From an uncultured Candidatus Saccharibacteria bacterium (GTDB taxonomy: Bacteria > Patescibacteriota > Minisyncoccia > Sungbacterales > HO2-52-23): DNA of 42,325 nucleotides. Within the stretch, counting starts at the first letter, position 1; each line of letters begins with the position of its first letter. The stretch covers positions 1-42,325 of the forward strand of contig CAYHON010000003.1 in the NCBI GenBank assembly GCA_964358425.1, given 5' to 3'. Shown piece by piece: positions 36,614 to 42,325 of the stretch. Position numbers and translations under genes: made by a program. The notes below the pieces were generated by a model. The model was not told where the DNA came from and searched no databases. It was given only the letters and a program-made list of their open reading frames with translations.

Positions 36614-37588
36614 ATGAAAAGAAAAAATAAAATTATTCTGTGGAAGCGTGGATACCTGGTCAAAAAACTGCTGCTTATAGATGGCATGGGTCGGGCTGGA
36701 AAATTCTTGGCCGCCAATATTTTAAACGGATTTGCCGATATTGAACCGGTCCAGCTTTGCAGTCTTTTGGAGCACTTGCCCTTTTTTGCCAAACTCGGCT
36801 TGATTCAACAACAGGTGGCTCAAGAATTAATTCACAATGAAATTGATATGCGTTGTTACGAAATGCTTATCGGCCGCAACCTAAACCATCGGCTTTTTGA
36901 CAAATCATCAATCTTTAACCTATCCAACCACCGGGATTTACTTTTGAGATCCAAGGAACCTGACCGGGACAAAGAACTTAAAAAATTTTATAAACGAGGA
37001 ACTTATAGTTTTTTTTTAGTACATGAGATTTTGTCGGAGATTCGGATTTATTTCAAAGCCTTTCCGCAGGTTAAGGTCATTACTTTAAAAAGAAGTCCGA
37101 TTGACCTGGTCTACTCGTGGTATAAGAACCAATCAATTACTCGCTGTGGGATTGATCCTAAATATTTTACTATTCCGCTGAAAGGATTTAAAGGACCGGT
37201 GCCATGGTATCATTATAAAAATTTTAAAGAATACGAATCCCTTAATAACATGGACCGTATTGTTGCCACTATAGAAAAATTGTTTCAAAGATATGAGAAG
37301 GCGGAGAAAGAGTTCTCCGTTGGTGAAAAGAAAAAAATATTGTTTTTGCGCTATGAAGATATTCTTGGTCGGACCGGAGAGGTTATAAAAAAGATACAAA
37401 AGTTTCTAAATAAAAAACCCCTAAAAGAAATGGGCCAGATTTTAAAGAGAGAAAAATTGCCTAATCGGGAGTATTCGGATGTTTCGTCTAAAAAACAAAA
37501 GATTGCGGTGATTAAAGCCCGAGCCTCAGCCCGTTATTTCAACAAACTAATGGTTTTAGAAAATAAATATTTTAAAGATGCCGACTAA
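36614..37588 (+). CDS. Sulfotransferase-fold (P-loop) protein
   Basis: LLIDGMGRAGKFL (5'-PSB-like loop), LKRSPIDLVYSWY (3'-PB motif), LRYED; near PAPS synthesis. Confidence 0.7.
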   Translation: MKRKNKIILWKRGYLVKKLLLIDGMGRAGKFLAANILNGFADIEPVQLCSLLEHLPFFAKLGLIQQQVAQELIHNEIDMRCYEMLIGRNLNHRLFDKSSIFNLSNHRDLLLRSKEPDRDKELKKFYKRGTYSFFLVHEILSEIRIYFKAFPQVKVITLKRSPIDLVYSWYKNQSITRCGIDPKYFTIPLKGFKGPVPWYHYKNFKEYESLNNMDRIVATIEKLFQRYEKAEKEFSVGEKKKILFLRYEDILGRTGEVIKKIQKFLNKKPLKEMGQILKREKLPNREYSDVSSKKQKIAVIKARASARYFNKLMVLENKYFKDAD

Positions 37589-38294
37589 AAGAAAAAAAAT
37601 ACTGGCTATTATTCCGGCTCGGGGCAATTCCAAGGGAATACCCCTAAAAGCTATAAAGAGTTTTTGTGGAAAACCGATGATTTATTATACTTTGAAAGAA
37701 GCTAAAAAATCAGGCGTTTTTGACAAAATAGCGGTTTCCACCGATTCATCTAAAATTGCCGCCTTGGCTAAAAAACTAGGAGCGGAGGTTCCCTATTTGC
37801 GCCCCGAACATCTTGCTCGGGACAATTCAAGAGTGGCGGATGCCGTGATTCACCTGCTTAAATTTTTACAAGCACGCGAAGGATACAAGCCGGATATAAT
37901 CTTTCTGCTCCAAGTTACTTCACCATTGAGAGATTCAACCGATATCCTTGAGAGTTATGAAATGTTTTGCAGAGAAAAAGCTGTGGCTCTAACCTCTGTT
38001 TGTAAAAAGAAAAACCAGATTTTGAATATTGGCGGGGGGCGGATAGAGACTATCAAGGGAGGGGTTTTAAACCGCGAAAGCAGTCCAGATGCCTTTGAAC
38101 AGGACGGAATGATTTATATAATTGACGCTCAATTTTTTTTGAAACATAAAATTTTTGAGCCAGAGGGTAAAACTATTGCCTATATTCCATCCAGATGGAA
38201 ATCAGTTGATATTGATGACAAGGAAGATTTTATTTTAGCCGAGGTTCTTTATAAGAACAGAACTATTTTAAAAAAATATGAAAAGCTGGGATAA
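37578..38294 (+). CDS. neuA: Acylneuraminate/nonulosonate cytidylyltransferase
   Basis: IIPARGNSKGIP, VSTDS, LRPEHLA, LLQVTSPLR, SVDIDD. Confidence 0.9.
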   Translation: MPTKRKKILAIIPARGNSKGIPLKAIKSFCGKPMIYYTLKEAKKSGVFDKIAVSTDSSKIAALAKKLGAEVPYLRPEHLARDNSRVADAVIHLLKFLQAREGYKPDIIFLLQVTSPLRDSTDILESYEMFCREKAVALTSVCKKKNQILNIGGGRIETIKGGVLNRESSPDAFEQDGMIYIIDAQFFLKHKIFEPEGKTIAYIPSRWKSVDIDDKEDFILAEVLYKNRTILKKYEKLG

Positions 38295-38871
38295 AAACTG
38301 GGAAAAGACTTTCCGAAACAAAGAATGGGGGAAATATCCTCCCGAGGAATTGATTCGTTTTATAGCCCGTAATTATTATTCTGTGTCCCAAAGAAGCAAG
38401 ATAAAGATTCTAGATTTGGGGTGTGGAACGGGGGCGGCGGTCTGGTATATGGCGCGCAAAGGGTTTGCGGTGGCGGGGGTTGATGGCTCTAAAACTGCCA
38501 TTAAGATTGCTCGTCAAAGATTTAGAGAGGAAAAATTTAAGGCTGACTTAAGGATTGGTGATGTTATTAAACTTGATTATTCGGATAGATATTTTGATGC
38601 CGTTACGGATATTGCTTGCATTCAATGTAATTTTCAACTAAGTAATGTAAAAAAAATAATTAGTGAGGTTTACCGGGTATTAAAACCCGGGGGCAAATTT
38701 TTTGGAACCATGATAGCCAAAGGAATTGAAGATTGGCCCAAACAATCGCACTTTTTTAAACGTGATGAAATAAGGCGTTTATTTTCTGGATTTAGTAATC
38801 TGAAAATTGAATATGTAATAAGAAGTCATCATAAAGCCGAAAAACTCTGGCTAGTGGAGGCCGTTAAGTAA
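38278..38871 (+). CDS. Class I SAM-dependent methyltransferase
   Basis: WGKYPPEELIRF, ILDLGCGTG, RVLKPGG. Confidence 0.88.
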   Translation: MKSWDKNWEKTFRNKEWGKYPPEELIRFIARNYYSVSQRSKIKILDLGCGTGAAVWYMARKGFAVAGVDGSKTAIKIARQRFREEKFKADLRIGDVIKLDYSDRYFDAVTDIACIQCNFQLSNVKKIISEVYRVLKPGGKFFGTMIAKGIEDWPKQSHFFKRDEIRRLFSGFSNLKIEYVIRSHHKAEKLWLVEAVK

Positions 38872-38874
38872 TTT

Positions 38875-39918
38875 ATGGTTAAATACAAAAATACTTTTGC
38901 TAAAGAAATTCATATTGGTCCTAAAACCGTGCGCGAGAACGGTCCTTGTTTTATCATTGCTGAGGCCGGGCTTAATCACAACGGAAACCTTGAGCTTGCC
39001 AAAAAACTAATTGATGTTGCCGTGGAAGCTGGAGCAGATGCGGTAAAATTCCAGACTTTTAAGGCGGAAGAGGAAAATACCAAAAAATTATCCGCCTATC
39101 TGGAGATGATTAAAAAAATGGAGTTTGGTGAGGAAGATCATAAGGTTTTGATTGATTATTGCCAAAAAAAAAATATTATATTTCTTTCTACCCCCTCGGA
39201 AGAAATTAGCGCGGACTTGTTACAAAAACTTAAGGTACCGGCGTTTAAAATTGCTTCTAATGATATAGTGACCACTCCAATGCTGGTCAAGATTGCTAAG
39301 TTTGGTAAACCCATGATTGTTTCTACGGGTATGGCCGAACTTGGGGAGATAGGAGAGGCTGTAGATGTGATTAGGTCTTCGGGCAATAGGGATTTAATTC
39401 TTCTACACTGTACTTCCAGTTATCCAACACCACTAAAAGACCTAAATCTTAGGGTGATGGAAACCCTAAAAAAGGAATTCGGTTCGCTGGTCGGATTTTC
39501 GGACCACAGTGAAGGTTTAGAAGCGGCGCCTTTGGCTGTTCTTTTGGGGGCGGTGATAATTGAAAAGCATTTTACGCTGGACAAAAATATGTCGGGACCA
39601 GATCACAAGATGTCCCTTTTGCCCAAGGAACTTAAAGAGTTGGTTAAAAGAATTCGCCACGCGGAGAAAATGCGGGTTATATTGGGAAGTTTTATCAAAA
39701 AACCGACAGCGATGGAATTGAAAGTACGAAAAATAACTCGCAAGGGGATTGTGGCGCGAAGAGCTATTAAAAAAGGGGAGGTGATAAAAATATCCATGTT
39801 AGCCTACAAGCGTCCCGCTTTGGGTATCTCCCCAAAATTTTACAGGCAGATATTGGGTCGTAAGACGAAAGTTGATTTAGCCAAGGATGAATTTATAGAA
39901 AAAAAATTCCTGTCATGA
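38875..39918 (+). CDS. neuB: Nonulosonic acid synthase (NeuB/LegI/PseI family) with a C-terminal SAF domain
   Basis: IIAEAGLNHNG, DAVKFQ, FKIAS, LHCTSSYP, GFSDHS, IEKHFTLD, KRP..GI. Confidence 0.93.
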   Translation: MVKYKNTFAKEIHIGPKTVRENGPCFIIAEAGLNHNGNLELAKKLIDVAVEAGADAVKFQTFKAEEENTKKLSAYLEMIKKMEFGEEDHKVLIDYCQKKNIIFLSTPSEEISADLLQKLKVPAFKIASNDIVTTPMLVKIAKFGKPMIVSTGMAELGEIGEAVDVIRSSGNRDLILLHCTSSYPTPLKDLNLRVMETLKKEFGSLVGFSDHSEGLEAAPLAVLLGAVIIEKHFTLDKNMSGPDHKMSLLPKELKELVKRIRHAEKMRVILGSFIKKPTAMELKVRKITRKGIVARRAIKKGEVIKISMLAYKRPALGISPKFYRQILGRKTKVDLAKDEFIEKKFLS

Positions 39919-41048
39919 AAAAAATAGTTTATGTCACGGGTTCACGCGCCGAGTATGGTCTGATGAAAGAATTGCTTTTTAAGATGCACAAAAGCGGTAA
40001 ATTTGATGTTTCTCTGATTGTAACCGGTATGCACCTAAGCCATAAGTATGGATGGACCTTGCAGCAAATAAAAAAAGATGGTTTACGGATAGCGGATGAA
40101 ATAGACATCCACATAGAAAAAAGTACAAATGCGGGCATGGCCGAATCGATAGGTTATGGGATTATTGGTATGACTAAGGCTCTTGTTAAAGATAAACCGG
40201 ATTTGGTTATGGTTACGGGGGATCGGGGGGAACTCTTGGCCGCAGCTATCGCCGCTGCTCATTTGAACATACCCGTTGCCCATATCTCAGGTGGAGATAT
40301 TACCACAGGAGCTAACATAGATGAACGTATCCGCCACGCTATTACTAAATTTTCTAGTGTACACTTCGCCGAAAGCGACAAGAGCGCGACCAATCTTATT
40401 CGTTGGGGCGAGAATAAAAAGTTTGTATTTGCCGTGGGAAACCCGGGGGTATCTTCGCTTCCCAAATTTAGTTTTCGGGAAAAATCAGCTTTGGCTAAAA
40501 AATACAAGCTTAATTTACGACAACCTATTTTATTGGCGGTACAACATCCGGTTACTACCCAAACAGATCAAGCCGGAGTACAGATGAAGGAGACGATGGA
40601 GGCTTTGAAAAAACTTGGAATGCAAACCGTACTAATATATCCAAACTCTGACGCCGGTAGCCGGGCTATGATCGCAATCATAAAAAAATATAGAAAATTA
40701 CCCTTCATCCGCATTTTTAAAAGTATTCCTCGTCATGATTTCCTGGGACTGATGAGTCTGGCTAGCGCTATGATAGGTAATTCCAGCAGCGCTCTTTTTG
40801 AGGCCCCGTCGTTTAATTTGCCGGCGATTAATCTGGGTTTAAGAGAAGAGGGGCGGGAACGGGCAGTCAATATAATTGACGCAGATCACAGTACCCCCAG
40901 CATTGTGACTGCTGTCCGTCGAGCTCTGAAACCCGAATTCAGGAAGAAAATGATAAGTGTCAAAAACCCTTACGCTAAACCGAACACCGATAAGAAAATA
41001 ATAAAAATATTATTGACCAGATGGAAAGATATAATTTCCGGGTATTGA
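39915..41048 (+). CDS. neuC: Hydrolysing NDP-N-acetylhexosamine 2-epimerase (NeuC/LegG)
   Basis: VTGSRAEYG, VTGMHL, GDRGE, IDERIRHAITK, QHPVT, YPNSD, GNSSS. Confidence 0.92.
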   Translation: MKKIVYVTGSRAEYGLMKELLFKMHKSGKFDVSLIVTGMHLSHKYGWTLQQIKKDGLRIADEIDIHIEKSTNAGMAESIGYGIIGMTKALVKDKPDLVMVTGDRGELLAAAIAAAHLNIPVAHISGGDITTGANIDERIRHAITKFSSVHFAESDKSATNLIRWGENKKFVFAVGNPGVSSLPKFSFREKSALAKKYKLNLRQPILLAVQHPVTTQTDQAGVQMKETMEALKKLGMQTVLIYPNSDAGSRAMIAIIKKYRKLPFIRIFKSIPRHDFLGLMSLASAMIGNSSSALFEAPSFNLPAINLGLREEGRERAVNIIDADHSTPSIVTAVRRALKPEFRKKMISVKNPYAKPNTDKKIIKILLTRWKDIISGY

Positions 41049-42091
41049 CCCTGGATGATAAAGCTGAAATAAAAAAAAATATAGCTGATTTTCCAAATAT
41101 TGATATATACAGTGATCCCCGTTTTTTGCGGGTATTTCAGAATTACACCGGTGAGCGAGCATTGATTTTTTGCTATAAAGGCGGCGGCGGAAAATTTATT
41201 TTACCTTTTTTTGAGCGGGCGCTTGGGCAAAATGGATTTAAAGATCTGTTTTCTCCATGGTATTACGGTGGGCCTGTTCATAATTTTAAAGATCCGTCGG
41301 AAGCGGGGAAAAACTTTCCCGATTTTCTGCGAGAATTTCGTAACTATTGTCTGTCCAATGGTGTAGTCAGTGAGTTTCAAAGGCTTAATCCAATATTAGA
41401 AAACCACCGACTTTATGAATTTGGCGGAGAAGGTAAAGAATTTAGATCTGTCAGAAAAGTCGTCTATCTGGATCTGACTCAAGATAAGGAATTGATACGC
41501 AAGGAATATTTGTATAATGTTAGAAAAAATATTGCAAAAGCTCTTCGTAATGGCCTTACGATAGTGCGGCAGAAAGACCCAAACAGTATCAAGCAATTTT
41601 TTGAAGTCTATACCGCCTCGCTTAACCGACGCGGGGAGAAAAGAAGTTTTTATTATTTTAGCCCAAAATTTTTTACAGACCTTTTTGAGAGTCTGCGGGA
41701 AAACATTCAGTTATTCACGGCTTATTATCACGACCAGCCCATCTCCTACGCCTTGGTCATCGGACAGGGCGATGTGCTTTATGATTACTTAAAGCCCTCC
41801 AAGCCTGAATATTTAAATTTAAGATCTAACGATCTTATGGTTGATGAAATTATGATTTGGGCCAAAAAAGCTGGTTATAAATATTATGACTTGGGCGGTG
41901 GACTTTCAGACGCCGAAGACGACAGTTTATTGAAATTTAAAAAAGGATTTTCTCGGCTGACAAAAGACTTTTACATGCTTAAAAAAATCTATAATCGACC
42001 TAAATATGAAGATTTATGTGTAAAGAGTGGCCAAGAAAAAAGCGCATTAATCTATGAGTCCGCTGATTTTTTTCCGGAATATACCAGATAA
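41021..42091 (+). CDS. GNAT / FemAB-like acyltransferase
   Basis: SPWYYGGP, VRKNIAKA, YYF...FF, YDLGGG, SLLKFKKGF, FFPEY. Confidence 0.8.
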   Translation: MERYNFRVLTLDDKAEIKKNIADFPNIDIYSDPRFLRVFQNYTGERALIFCYKGGGGKFILPFFERALGQNGFKDLFSPWYYGGPVHNFKDPSEAGKNFPDFLREFRNYCLSNGVVSEFQRLNPILENHRLYEFGGEGKEFRSVRKVVYLDLTQDKELIRKEYLYNVRKNIAKALRNGLTIVRQKDPNSIKQFFEVYTASLNRRGEKRSFYYFSPKFFTDLFESLRENIQLFTAYYHDQPISYALVIGQGDVLYDYLKPSKPEYLNLRSNDLMVDEIMIWAKKAGYKYYDLGGGLSDAEDDSLLKFKKGFSRLTKDFYMLKKIYNRPKYEDLCVKSGQEKSALIYESADFFPEYTR

Positions 42092-42188
42092 CTTTTATCG
42101 GGGAGACATAGTTAACTTTAATACGGCGTCCGAACAAGCGTGCTGTGGCAGAAGAGCCCTTAATTAATTTTTTTGTAAAATATTTATT

Positions 42189-42325
42189 ATGACTAAAAAA
42201 AACATTCCATTAGCTTTGCCCTGGTTTGACCAAAGAGAGGTTCTGGCCGCAGCTAAGGTTATCAAATCCGGCTGGCTTATTTCCGGACCAAGCGTGCAAA
42301 AATTCGAACAGGAATTCGCGAAAAA
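42189..42325 (+). CDS. DegT/DnrJ-family aminotransferase, 5' partial (runs off the window)
   Basis: Manual translation MTKKNIPLALPWFDQREVLAAAKVIKSGWLISGPSVQKFEQEFAK is a typical DegT N-terminus; not in the ORF track. Confidence 0.8.
   Translation, partial: MTKKNIPLALPWFDQREVLAAAKVIKSGWLISGPSVQKFEQEFAK

Noticed and set aside
39164-39173. A10 homopolymer in neuB (and other A/T runs) as a phase-variation tract
   Set aside because: The frame is intact, and such runs are expected in AT-rich, Lys-rich coding sequence; I saw no long G/C tracts.
321-41792. Dozens of short (about 60-165 aa) ORFs in the track, antisense or alternate-frame
   Set aside because: They lie almost entirely within longer genes with clear family motifs and show no motifs of their own; treated as shadow ORFs.
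42092-42188. Intergenic patch with a GC-richer core, possibly an ncRNA or terminator
   Set aside because: Only weak GU-rich pairing and no recognisable family motif.
1-42325. CRISPR array, rRNA/tRNA genes, prophage or transposase genes
   Set aside because: No periodic repeats or diagnostic motifs seen; intergenic gaps are all under about 270 bp.

Overview
The window is one continuous, roughly 42 kb surface-glycan biosynthesis and modification locus of about 40 CDS, the last running off the right edge. I found no rRNA, tRNA, CRISPR array or transposase. AT-rich sequence and mostly SD-less, tightly overlapping genes resemble Patescibacteria/CPR genomes, but this is inference only because no marker gene is present. 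Contents: (i) GT2 polyprenol-phosphate glycosyltransferases with GT-C membrane transferases (one GT2-GT-C fusion), three GT4s, a GT47 and an AsnB amidotransferase; (ii) a HIT-HddA / GmhA-GmhB-transaldolase heptose (or octose) module and a B12 radical SAM gene, arranged as self-contained promoter-SD-terminator units; (iii) tandem epimerases, a nucleotidyltransferase, Gmd, a DegT aminotransferase and an NDP-sugar C-methyltransferase; (iv) a divergent module with a KpsS-like protein, a pyruvate kinase-ATP sulfurylase-APS kinase triple fusion, SemiSWEET and FkbM on one side, and sulfotransferase-NeuA-MTase-NeuB-NeuC-GNAT-DegT on the other. A candidate TA-flanked MITE lies at the divergent promoter. 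The most striking item is the PK-Sat-CysC fusion, plausibly a PAPS synthase that regenerates its own ATP and feeds glycan sulfation. All calls come from reading motifs by eye; no searches were run.
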